From: Tubiluchus corallicola
Lineage: Eukaryota; Animalia; Priapulida
Direction of reading: 5' to 3'
NCBI GenBank assembly: GCA_030141605.1
Contig: JAQGDQ010000060.1
Span: forward strand, 682,001 to 746,000
Length of the DNA stretch: 64,000 nucleotides
Part shown: positions 37,059 to 49,619 of the stretch, piece by piece
How the letters are laid out: every line of letters begins with the position of its first letter
Position numbering within the stretch: position 1 is the first letter of the stretch
Position numbers and translations under genes: made by a program
Notes under the pieces: generated by a model
Told to the model about the DNA's origin: nothing
The model's database searches: none
Seen by the model: only the letters and a program-made list of their open reading frames with translations

Positions 37059-40000
37059 CTACCCATCCGGTTGCTCTGACACGGCCGTCGGGTGCGCATC
37101 CGTTGCTTTTTCGATGCTGCCCATCCGCTGTGGATCCTGACTAGGATAGTGCACAGGCATCATGGGTGGAATGGCGCCAGTGGGAAGGGGCCCAATGGGA
37201 ATCATTCCAGGTGGCGGTCTAGTCATGCTGGCCAACCATGGTGGTCTCAATCCTGCAAGACGGAAAATAATTGGTAGTAAAATCAGAATTTCAAGTGTTG
37301 CGCAGTGCTGCTCATAACACGCATTCTGCGTAGAATGTGATTACACATAAATCATGTAAACCATGCATGAAAATTTTTGCATATTTTAACAACTGTAATG
37401 ATACACCTAGGTCACGATACGATAGACGCCGAGTTAACATTTGCAGACTTTATAAACAAAAACTAGATGAGGTCATTGATAATAAACGCTAAACATATTT
37501 TATCAATCAACAGTTTTAGGATTCCTAAATATTAAAACGACTCGGCAAACTGTTTGATTTTATTCATTATGCTCCAAAATGCTCATTCATACACTCCAAA
37601 ATGCCTGGAACGGGCCGCTTCTATTCAAATACACATAAAAACTGTCGGTAATTGACTCAAATAACTACGCATAATTGACTCAATATTCTTCTTTCACCTA
37701 CTTAAAATAAGATATTTGTATGCGCCAAAATAACCTTTCCTACTTTTATGTCATCTTTACTTTCCTTTTGTGCACTATGTATACAGAAACAATCATGTTA
37801 AGCACCGTTTTGTTTGTAAGCAGGTACGTTTATGCACTAATGCGCTAGTGTATCGGTTTTGCTTTGAATCTCTTCGACAGAAAATGAAGCAACTGACTTT
37901 GAAGTAATTTTTGTAATTTTTGCAAATTATCAGACTTAGAAAAGCCTGTTAAAATTGATTAATTAAAAAATATACTTTTTAATTTATTGCTAATTCACTT
38001 ACATAAATTAATATTTTAAAATATTTTTTCTAATTTTTAACTGCATAAAGGAATTTAGGCATTACTTCGTTTCTAAAATTCATTAAAAACCTTTGCAGTG
38101 CATAGTAGGCTGATGACTCATACTTCTATAGCTGTAATACTACACCTATCGGTTAATAGGTTCATTTGGTTAATTGGGCCAAAACACGTCGGTCCCAAAA
38201 TGAGTCTATTAAGCGGCGCCAACTTGTGTAATACGTAGGCTATTGTTTGCATTGTACCAACGGAAAAGCAAAACATATCCATACTTTAAGTTTGAAAGTT
38301 GCTTGTGCATTTAATGGCTTACTTTTGCCATTTCACAAGTTTATATGCAAACTGCGTAATTAGCATAGCTATTAGCGTTAATTACATTAATTAGCACTAA
38401 TTAAGTTAATTAGCGTAATTAGCATAGCGTGCTACAGATTAAAAACGATGCATTCTCAATCACATTGGCTGATAGTGGTGACTGTGTCTAGTCAAATACT
38501 GTTCACTGCACTGACGATTACATATCTACAGTACACTCTACAGCTGTAGCTAGAATTACCTTGCGATTTGCTAATTATCATGACGCGGAAGCACATTCAC
38601 GATATGTATATCATAATAAAAGCTATCACTGTGCATCGTTGCAAGCCTAGCTTTGTGTTTATAAAGCAAAGATGCATCAAATTTCAAACTAATCATCTCA
38701 CCTGGCAAAGTTGAATTTCAAATTAATCATCTCACCTGGCAAAGATGAATTTCAAACTAATCATCTCACCTGGCAAAGATGAATTTCAAACTAATCATCT
38801 CACCTGGCAAAGATGAATTTCAAACTAATCATCTCACCTGGCGGCATGGGAGGTGGCCGCATTCCCGGATGAGCCAGTGGTGGCAAACCCATTGGTGGCA
38901 TCAGTGGCACCGCCTGGTTGAGGTTGAAGAAATTATTCTGTATATCATCAGGTGGTGGCAAAGCTAGGAAAACAAAATAGGTGAACGTGTGAAATGACAT
39001 AACCTAGAATGCAAAAGTGTTTTTGCCGTTTCGCAGTAAGAATGAATGTATGTGATGGGTTTGAAACATTTATACTTAGGCAAAGTTTCAATTTAACTAC
39101 AACACTGTTACATGACAAATAAAACAAACTGTGTAACACAGACAGGCTCTCAAGGGGTATACTGATCATGATCATCAGACAGACTCTCACGGGTAGCCTG
39201 ATCATGATCATCAGACAGACAGACTCACGCACAGTCTGATCATGATCATCAGACAAAGATACACTCACGGGCAGTCTGATCATGATCATCAGACAGACTC
39301 TCACGGGTAGCCTGATCATGATCATCAGACAGACAGACTCACGCACAGTCTGATCATGATCATCAGACAAAGATACACTCACGGGCAGTCTGATCATGAT
39401 CATCAGACAGACTCTCACGGGTAGCCTGATCATGATCATCAGACAGACAGACTCACGCACAGTCTGATCATGATCATCAGACAAAGATACACTCACGGGC
39501 AGTCTGATCATGATCATCAGACAGACTCTCACGGGTAGCCTGATCATGATCATCAGACAGACAGACTCACGCACAGTCTGATCATGATCATCAGACAAAG
39601 ATACACTCACGGGCAGTCTGATCATGATCATCAGACAGACTCTCACGGGTAGCCTGATCATGATCATCAGACAGACAGACTCACGCACAGTCTGATCATG
39701 ATCATCAGACAAAGATACACTCACGGGCAGTCTGATCATGATCACCAAAAACAGACTCTCATGGGCAGTCTGATCATGATCATCAGACAGAGATACTCTC
39801 ACAGACAGTCTGGTCATGATCAACAGACAGACAGACTCTCACGGGCAGTCTGATCATGATCATCAGACAGAGATACTCTCATGGGCAGTCTGATTGTGAT
39901 CATCAGATATTGACAGCAAGAAGCAAACTAAAACCATGGCTGTAAGGAGAAAACTAAGTTATTAAAAGTTAATATTTTTAAACTTGCCAAACTAAAACTA

Positions 40001-43000
40001 TTTATTCAACTTAAATGCAAAGGTGTATGAAGAACCAATATTGCAAATAAGCATTAGAGGATAAATTATACGTACGTCCAGGTAGCCCGGGAACTGGCTC
40101 CAGGTGGTATCCTTCCTCTCCAACCTTCACCGGTTCTTTACCGGCCTGAGAACGACCCCATTTTATAACCTATTAAATGGATGAAATACATAAGTGAATG
40201 ATTCTAGGAAATTGAGGTAAAGGACAGACGGTTTTAACGTTAAATTAGCATAAACTGATTACAGCAATACTAACAGACATAAATATTATTTACGCTGAGA
40301 GCATATCAAAATCTATTTCAAAATTATTCACGATACATACAATACATACTACATACACTCACATCTTGGTTTGTCGGACCTCTGGACCTCACTTTTAGGG
40401 ACATTGGAAGAATCGGACCGTTAAAAAGTCCCCCACACTACAGATACAGTCAGCTGTTTTACGAGCAAGCCGCTAGTTGGTGGACCGTCACTTTGTTTAC
40501 ATCATTACATCGTGTAAGCAAGCCACATGTAACGACTGTACTTGAAGTGATTGTTTCTACTTATGTTTTAGTGCATAAAAGCAAAGTAAGACGACATAAA
40601 AATAGTGAAAGCTTATTGGTCACATAAAAGTATCTTATATAAGCATGTGCAGAAAAATATTCTGACAAAATCTGGTCCGTTAAAAGTCCCGCACAATACG
40701 GATAGAGTCCGTTATTTCGCGAGCTGACCGCTACTTGGCGGGGTGCGACTTTGTATACATCATGTACATCAGTGTAACCACGTGTATATCTCTATGTATA
40801 ACAATATAGAATCAATTAAGAGGAGTTATTTGAGTCAATTGTCGACAGTTTTTATATACATTTGCATAGGAGTGGCAAGTACTAGATGTTTTTGAGACAA
40901 TTAGGTCATTGATTCTACATTACCGTGAGGCCAATAAATGGCACCTACTGTATTAGCTTAGTATCAGCAAATTTGAACAGATGTCTCCCTGTTTTTGTGC
41001 GGCAAACGGAGACATGAGTCTAACAACAAAAACCACAAAACCACCAAAACAAAACAAAAAATGTTTTAAGCAAGTGTAATTACTAATTATACTGTACTTC
41101 AGTAACATATCTAAAGGGGTCATGTTTTAAGAATCAGATATGAAATTTTAAATTATGGAACTGAAACAAATTACAGTCTAAGGATTTTGTAATTTTTTAA
41201 TTGGTCTGTGTACAACTGTAAACTAGTCAAGTAAACTAAACTAAACTATTTAAAAAGGATTAAACATATTTACTATTGTTTAAATTTCATACCAGTCGGC
41301 GTCCATTTATTATAAGCTTATTAAATGTTTTCTCGGCTGCACTTTCAGCTGCTGGTCTAGACGCAAACTGTATGAAGGCACATTGTTGTCGTGGAATTAT
41401 ATTCAAATTTCTTATCTCTCCATATTGGTGAAAATTGTCCCTGTAAAAAGTAGCAGAGTTTACATTAAATCAGTACAACATCACTGACGTTGTACTAATA
41501 ATGTAAATAACACAAATGATCACAGATGGTCTAGCACTCATGGTAATGCACCTGTAATCCAAAGATTCCCGATTTAAAACCAAGCCCTATGTTGAGTGTT
41601 TTGCATTTCCTTTCTTTTGGTCAAATTAGATTTAAAAATAATAATGAACGTGAGTTTATTCTTCCTTTAGAAGTACAGTCATTCCCAAAACTTCAAAAGC
41701 GCATTGCAATTTTTGAGTTGTAGAAGGAAAAGCTACATTCTTAACCCTTTCACTACGTAGTTGCTTTTTAACAGGGCCGTATTGGCTTTTGCAAATTTGA
41801 CAACAACTTCCTGTGGTGTGTTACTAAAACAGAATCTTGTAAATCAACAGAGTCATTTGTTATTGAACACTAATATTGAATACTAGTTTTATTTATACAC
41901 ATGCACGCACATCCGCACACACATATATGCACTCATGCACGCACACACACACGCACACCCACACAAATAAGAACATACCCATATTTAGAAGCCAATTTAC
42001 ACACAAGTCATATTACTAAATCATAATACGCAATTATTTTATAGGAATGCAGAACAAATGACTAAACACGTTTCACCAACAGTTAGTATCAACAAGCAAT
42101 TTTGCATGAGAACGTACCAAACAGTACAGTATTATGGAATGCATCTGGCTTCAGATGCTGATTGGCTGGTTAGCGTCACTTGTTACGGCGCAACCCCAAT
42201 CCTACGGCTGTTAAACTTTTCTACAATGTTTTTGCATGGCCGTGGCAGTGAAATAAACAGACCTGGGTAACTGTGCTTAGTACTGAGCTCAGGCGACAGT
42301 CTACCACCTTCCGTCACTTACAAGAAAAATATAGGTAGCAGTGTGCCGCCTTCCGTAGTGAAAGGGTTAAGGGAAATTGCTGATAGAATTCATATCGTTT
42401 TATTCACATTAGAGTATTCACAAATCTCTAAACTGTACATTCAACATTAAGCTTTTCACGAGAATCATTCAAACGTCACAAAATTTAAATATTTTACGTA
42501 GCCGCCTCTGCTTTTCGTGAACGCTTGTATACATCTCCGCATGTTGTCAATCAAGTTGTGACAGTAATGTACTGTTTAATCTGAAACGCCACAGTTACAA
42601 TTTTTCTCTATATTTCAACCAGAAATTCTACACAGCTCAAAATAGGAAAATGCCATTTTCTTTCTCCATCTGTGTGATTGCAAGAACACTCTAAGACATA
42701 CCGTAACTCTTTCTCTCCGACTGTGTCTCCAAGTCCTCCTACATATAGCGTAGTGATAGTCCGATCATCCGGTGGCATCAACGCAGGCATTGAAGCCGCA
42801 CGCCTCATGAGTTTATCCGCTACCGGATCGTTTACTCCATAGTATCTGTCTTTGATGTTCTGATCCGCCAATGGATCATCAGGATCTGTAGGTTTTTCAT
42901 GTCTAAAAAACAAGTTAAAGACATGGATGTCAGTAGTCCAACAGACTAGATTAGTCCTTATTCTTTAGTAAGTAACTCAACTCAATTCTTGATCATATGA

Positions 43001-46000
43001 TTTTGCCAAATGTTTTAACACTATTTCAACCTAAATATCGCTCACAACTTTATAACCCGAGTCTTTAGAATATTAAAAAAAGGTGATCAACATCAATGTG
43101 AATAAGTTTAGTAACCCGGATGTATATTCTGAGTATATTGCAGTATAGATACGGCAAATAAACTATGTAATTTTAATTTACGTGAAAACACAAAGAGTTC
43201 ATGTGTTATTTTTGCCACAGCAGTGCTTATTATTTTTACAAAACAAGTTTGGAGCGATAAGAATTACTCTACCGTGCTTACCTTCACTACAGACAAGGAA
43301 AATTTACCTTACATGTTCAATTAATGGCTGAAGTATGTGTTACAAGAGTAGCTAATACAAAACATAAACAGATGAGTCACCAACGTGGTAGAATATCAAA
43401 CTTCGGATGGCTATCATGTATTTTCACTGATAATTACAAATGCCTAAATCAGATTGGCACGAAACACAGCTTCTCCTCTGGGAATACTTGTTGTATAACA
43501 ATCATATTTGTGCATCTTACCTGTACGGGCATTCCTCGCCACGCTTGCATTCACCTTTCACCCAGAAAGAACAAATGTGTGGCCTGTTTCGCTTATAGTA
43601 CGGCGTCGTACGTGCCAACTTGAGTAGCAGGTCACTGTGACCCTTGACTTTACCTACTTCTCCAACGGCGACGGTGCCATCTGTCAGTGCGATCTACAAG
43701 AAAAAAATCAATAAAAATTCACTGCACAGACGCATTTCAGGAAAGTTGTACACAGGCATATACAAGTTAACTAACAATTAACGCCTTTGTTTAAATTAGC
43801 TTTAAGAGAGAGTACGAGTATACTTCACACACTAAAAGAAATATCATAACCATAATAATCTTAAAAAACTCTTATAGCAAGTATGAAATTCGTCAGACAA
43901 CACATACATACGTCATAATTTATTTTTTAGAAACAGCAAAAAATTATTGTTTACTTTTGATATAATGGAAATCATGAGCATGTAATGTATGCTAATAATT
44001 TTTTTGCACGATTTTTCCCTGCTTGCGAAAAATTATCAAAGTAAGATGCAAGGTGATTTATTTAAGAATTTATAAAGAGTGATACGGATTTAAACAAATA
44101 CCACAGAAAACTTGGCAGTGTATAATAAAGACGAATGGAGTGAGTTGACATGGAAGAAAAACAGAGAGCATTAAACTAATCACTAGTAATGACAGTATTT
44201 ACAAATGACTTATGCAGCCTATAATTCTCTGAATAACAATATTATCATAATGAACTTCGATTTGCAATACAATAGAGAAGTTTACACGTACTTCCCGCTC
44301 TGCATTTTGAGTATAATATTCCTTGTTGACATCTGAACGCGGCAAGTCGTCTTTGATCTTGCACTCCTGGTCTCTTACTTGAACTGGCAAACCTGGAGCG
44401 AAAAAAAAAACAATTTAAGACGATGCTGTTCCCGCAATATGAAACAAGTCAGTAACAAATTAGACCTCAGTTAATACGATGATAGCAAATGTCCCGAAAT
44501 TTGTTATTTACATTAACTAATGTTAACTAACTTTACGTTAACTTTGCACTTTTCGTTTAAACCTTATTTATTTATATTGCATTTGTAAAACAGACAACGT
44601 CTCATACAGGTATTTTAACAATACATTTTTCTTTCATTTCTCGTATTCTTAATCCTCTTTGCTAATGATCGAAACTTTCCTTATTTCTGAGTATTTATAT
44701 ATAGTAGAAAATAAAATTGTAGGATAATGCTTTTTCACATGTGGTGAATGTCGCCCAAAACTTGCCTATATTTGTTTCAAAATTATGATACGGCAGTTTA
44801 TTAAAGTATAGTTTGCAGGTTTGTTTATTTTATGTTGGTTCCTGAGAATATCACGGTCAACTATCACTGTCGTCAGATCTTTCCCAACGAGTTTTTTCCT
44901 GCCTTGGACTTTATACCAGGCCTATTCATTAAACAGTTACATGGTTGATGATACGATAAGACAGGTTTCCTATGCACATACTTGCACAATGAAACTACAA
45001 AAGTAATCATGTAAACTTTTTTAAATATTTCGTACAGTCATTTATACAGAGCAAATATTAATTTGCTTACTTCGGAAAGCGGAAATCAGTTTTCGACAAA
45101 CTTGAAGACAAAATTTGTGATCGATTATAAGCTATACAGTGTTTATTAAAATACAGCTATTAGCTATACAAATACAGTGTTTTTAATAATTTTAATTCAC
45201 AGTGATTCCGGGGCCAAATTTTAGTGTTTCTAGCGGCAGTGTTGCCAGTCTAGAGACAGGAGAATTAGGCCAAAACGTTCAGAAAGTATTGTGCAGAAAG
45301 TTCATAACCTGCATAAATACAATAATAAATAACATCATCATGCTATCACTTAAACAGTATCTTTTACAGCAATTCCGAAATTTTTATTCATCTAGAGCAA
45401 TACTTACAGGTCTAGTTTGCTGCCTCTAATACTGAAAATAATTATTGAAAGGCACAGAAGTTGCAGTAAGTTGACAAAGCTATCAATCTACAAGTATACT
45501 CTAATGCATCATGTAATAAAAAATTGCAAAACTTAAAGGAAGAATCCGCGAGTTCAGACCGATACAACGATTCATGTGTGCTAGCAATGTGTCATCTATA
45601 AAAGGTCGGTATTATTGACCATTGCCTAATTATGACTTTGGTGTGGAAATTGGCTCTAAACTTGGGAAACGAGCAAAGACTGGATGATAAATAATCACAA
45701 TATACGTAAATCTTTCACAAAAACTTTTACATTTTATAATTTGCAACCATTATATTACAAAATTATATAGTAAGCTGACATAAACTTAATCAGGTAGCAA
45801 AAACTTCAGTAAAATCACTTAGTTGTTAAGTATCAGAAACATAAATTATTACTTACCATATTCTAAATCAAGAAGACAAGTTTGGCAGATATTCTTCAAT
45901 TTGCAACAAGTCTGACAGATTTCAGTTTTCTTAAATCGCATTCGGGCTCCAGGACACCAGCGAAATATAGTGAATGGTCGTGCGCAGATCTTGCATTCCT

Positions 46001-48040
46001 TTCCAAACTTTTCTTTCGTCTGTAAAAAATCGACAGTCGTGGAGATAATTAAAATCAACTCGCATTCCACTAATAACCATACACGATGATAAAGTGTTAG
46101 AATCATACATTTACGATACGTAGCAATGACGGGTGAAATTAAATTAATGATCTTAGCATTTTATATATTATGACTATAAAAAACGAATACTTTCAATCTG
46201 TGTACATACATGAAATAAAGCGGCTTAACTTACAAATTTAGTATTTAGGGATGCCCACACTCTATCTCGGACACTAGTTGGAGGAGCTGCACAAGCAGCC
46301 AAAGGCTAGAGGGCGGAGGAGGTCAAGTGACCCAACGGCCATGTGTAGAGGAGTAAACCTTCCAAATCAGGAGTGGAGCCTCGAAGGCGGACCAGTGCAG
46401 CATGCTCACTGACTCCAGCAGCTCCTGCAGCCAACCTGGTGCCAATGTATCACTCCGCTTTCCTTTGGACTACACCAGGGAGGAAGAGAGGGGGTTCCTG
46501 TTGTCTGAGCAAGTCAGGATCTCCATACACCTTGCCCACGTGTACGCCCTGGAGAGGCCACTCCACTGGCTCAAGGATCGGACTGCTCAGCCACAGTCAA
46601 CGCTGCAGCTCCATCAATGTGATCAATAACTGACTCCTTTGGCGCACACTGCATTGTCTTCCGAGACAGAAGGATGTCAACAACAACAAGTATTTAGGAA
46701 AGCTTATCAAACACACAGAAATGGCATTCTTAAAAAGTTGCACAGGGTCTATGACGTTCAAATGTCTAAACGGGGACATTTAGTGAGTATAATAACTGTC
46801 TCAAACTTGGTTTTGTCTGTTTAAATGTTACATAGTTTCTTTCACCTTACTTTTGAAGTGATGTAACAATATTGTCTTTCTTATATGAACGCACACAGAA
46901 AAATTACAGATTCTGTAATTCTAAGTGTTGCACAGTCTGCTGTTTGCACAACAGACTGTTAGAACTGATCATAATACTGAAAGAATAAAGCAAATAATTC
47001 AGTTGATCAGTCTAGCAGCAGCAACTAATTAATGGCACCCGAGAGAGTATTTCAATTTAGATTATACAAATAAAAGTTCTTAGCTATCAGCCCTTCTTAA
47101 TAAATAGGGACCACTTACACACACATATAAGTCTGTATATGTATCTATATCGTACAAACAAAATCATTTTGTCGAGCAAGTGCTTAGCAAATTTAATAAA
47201 CATGACAGCCTGCAATTGTAACCAGCATCCATTAACATAAATACAGGTGTTGAAGAAAAATAGATTTGTAAATCAGCAATGAACACCAATCTAATGCATT
47301 AAAATCTGAAAACTGCAGATTCACATGTCGAATTCGTCGTGTTTTTCATGTCCACGCGTATGCTCGAAAAACTAGCATTGAAATTACTGTTGCTAGGCTG
47401 ACAATGCAGAAAAACACAAGCTTTTCAACAAACCATGACTCAGGACAAAGCTTCATATATGTCTAATACTTACCATGCGAATGTATGGATTATCTCCTAG
47501 ACATGTCTGGCACAAGATTGGAAACTCCTAAAAAGTACATTAAAAGCATGTAAGAATAAAATTCTTTTGTGTAAGTAAGTTTCGATGATATAAATAATAG
47601 ATATAATAAGTTCAAAAAAGTCAATGAACTTAGACTGAAGTCTATGTAAGGAGGGTTACAATAATTTTGCTGGTCAACAGGATAATTGTAACGATGTATT
47701 TATAATCATAATACAAATAAAAGTTGTTAACTATCAGCCCTTCTTAATAAATAGGGACTGGTAACAAATTCATATCGCGAGGCCGTAATTTATAACCCGT
47801 ACAAACGTATATTATATAACTGTATATTATCTGACTGTATATCATATTTAGCTACATCATATAAGTCATACAGTGCTCACACGTTGTGAAGAGAAAATAT
47901 AGACGTTAAACCATGGATTTTGTTGACACACAGTTGCAAAATGAACTGTTTAGAAAAGAAAGCAAATACGAGATGAGAAAACTTACAGACTCTTCCCAAT
48001 TTTGTCTATTGTAAGTATTTGCACCTTTCGACACCGCCAT
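37059..48040 (-). CDS. RBM22: Pre-mRNA splicing factor RBM22 (Cwc2/Ecm2-related), about 435 aa. Exons 48040-47987, 47527-47474, 46019-45857, 44392-44292, 43693-43521, 42902-42702, 41440-41293, 40169-40076, 38963-38838, 37252-37059
   Basis: [18 protein letters not shown]|[18 protein letters not shown]|[24 protein letters not shown]...; CCCH finger [28 protein letters not shown]; [12 protein letters not shown]...CAFIQF...KWGRSQ; Pro-rich tail ending [12 protein letters not shown]. 1308 nt, all GT-AG, phases consistent. Confidence 0.96.
37388..38649. mobile_element. Decayed hAT-type MITE (family of 33113-33720) with nested insertions
   Basis: Left CTGTAATGATACACCTAGGTCACGATACGAT and right GCATCGTTGCAAGCCTA match the ends of the 33.1-kb element; interrupted by a family-B-related fragment at 37600-37870. 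Confidence 0.6.
38678..38842 (-). repeat. 34-bp tandem repeat, about 5 copies, each containing the RBM22 exon-9 donor
   Basis: Minus-strand unit GCCAG|GTGAGATGATTAGTTTGAAATTCATCTTT; CTCACCTGG at 38697, 38731, 38765, 38799, 38833. Confidence 0.95.
39162..39908. repeat. Higher-order minisatellite: 114-bp unit of 36+38+40-bp monomers, 5 copies plus degenerate monomers
   Basis: Each monomer starts CTGATCATGATCATCAGAC; 114-bp period from 39162 to 39731. Confidence 0.95.
40354..41022. mobile_element. Tc1/mariner-type MITE family B copy 2 (opposite orientation, internal duplication)
   Basis: TIRs TACACTCACATCTTGGTTTGTCGG / GCGGCAAACGGAGACATGAGTCTA; segment at about 40411-40520 is repeated at about 40671-40780. 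Confidence 0.75.
41523..41590 (+). mobile_element. Possible degenerate tRNA-derived SINE head
   Basis: GATGGTCTAGC...GGTAATGCAC-CTGTAATCCAAAGATTCCCGATTTAAAACC has decayed A-box/B-box spacing; not a functional tRNA. Confidence 0.3.
41745..42366. mobile_element. Non-autonomous piggyBac-type element in RBM22 intron 6
   Basis: Perfect 13-bp TIRs CCCTTTCACTACG / CGTAGTGAAAGGG flanked by TTAA at 41741-41744 and 42367-42370. Confidence 0.88.
46250..46688 (+). mobile_element. Headless copy of the same retroposon body (non-autonomous RTE-like element) in RBM22 intron 2, 10-bp TSD
   Basis: Near-identical to the reverse complement of 25985-26423; ends in (CAA)n; TSD AGTATTTAGG at 46240-46249 and 46689-46698. 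Confidence 0.85.
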
Positions 48041-49619
48041 TTTAACAAGGATATAAATAACAAGCGGAGACTTTGATATTGATTTGTGATTTCGTTGTGT
48101 TTGTATTTCAATTCACGCCGTTTTTTCCCTGACACACTTTGATTTCATTCAGTTCATTGATGCTAATTCAGGATTAATTTTAATGTTTCCCAGAATTTTT
48201 TTCGCAGAACATATATTTTTCCTGGAAAACTCAATTTCACGGAAAAAAAATCCAGAAGAATTTTTAACAGAAAATTCACAGTTACTTTTTTAGTTACTGA
48301 TTCTGCTATTTTAGTAGGATAAAGTATTCAATTTCTCTTCCTCTGCTTGCTTCTCCCTCTTTACCTCTCTTGCTGCCTTCCTACCCCTTCTCGTTGCATA
48401 TATCCATCACTTCCTTTTCTTTTGTGTCTGTCTCATTCTCTATCTCTCTCTCTTCCCTCTCTCTGTATCGCTCTTTTTTCTCTCTCCCCCATTTCTCTCT
48501 CCTCATTCTCTCGTACTTTTTTTCTCTCTGTTGCTGTCTTGCCCAGACCTTATTTGTCTCTTTTGCTCCCTCCTCTCTCTCTCGCTCTGCTCTCCTTTAG
48601 CTAGATACAGTGCTTTGACTATAATGGCTATCAAAAATCAGGGCGATAAAGGTCAACCTTGTTTTTTTATTTGGAAAACTATTTTGTTTTGAAACTTCGT
48701 TGCTACAATTCCAAGTTTTTAGGACGAAATTTATTCTCAGAGTAATTTGCATTGTATTATTTGCTGCATACAATGACTTCAAATCCATATAGTTTTAATA
48801 GGATTTGAGATAAAGGTTAATAATAATCATATAACAAAAGATTTGCAAATTATGCAGACTTTCAGTCAGAAGTAAGAGCCTTCAGTCTTTGTGCACAATC
48901 AGTATTATGGAATAACAACCAACTCATATGATTATCACCTGAAACCCCTTCCCAAATAACCTTATTTTTCAATTTGACTTTCATAAAGACAGCTGGTATA
49001 TACAAACCATGTTGTAAATTCTCCAATTCCAAACCACACTTACAATTTGTCTGTCATGTTAAGCTATCTTTCATCTGAAAAATGGATTTCCATTTCTTTC
49101 TAATTTTCTAATGCACCAATTCTCACTTTTACCAGCAGCACTATACTATGCACATCGATCACTTCATCCAACTGCTTCCAACTGCATCGATCACTTCATC
49201 CAAGGACGTAATTTAATTACTATTAAAATACTTACTAGTGATCTAACATATGCTTCAAATGTCTTTTGCCATTAGTTGTAAATCTCATTCCTTACTTTTT
49301 TGTTCAAATAACCTTATTTAGCCCTTTTCATTAATTAATTAAGATTTACGTCATTTATTTTCTCCAACCTATTTTGTGGAAGTTGTCTGCCAAAATGTTT
49401 CCAAAGGCTTCCCTAAATTAAACCTATATTTGTTAAAAAAGTTATTTTTTCAACACAATCAGATCTAATCTTATTGAACATTGCAAAGGATTACGTTTTT
49501 GATGAGACTTTCATTGTCCTTAAAAATTATAATTCAACTAAAAAACTTTAATACACGTAGTGGTCGTAGAAGGGACTCGAATTCACTTATGCGATAAAAA
49601 CTTAGCAAAGTCAAAAGTT
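48041..49619. promoter_or_regulatory. Divergent intergenic/promoter region between RBM22 and MAD2L1
   Basis: Start codons face away from each other 1.58 kb apart; both are in YY1-like ATGGCG contexts; contains a degenerate CT-rich tract. Confidence 0.55.
48330..48600. repeat. Degenerate CT-rich low-complexity tract
   Basis: Pyrimidine-rich run with (CT)n patches. Confidence 0.85.

Noticed and set aside
38948-39823. 291-aa ORF
   Set aside because: Translation of the 114-bp higher-order repeat inside RBM22 intron 8.
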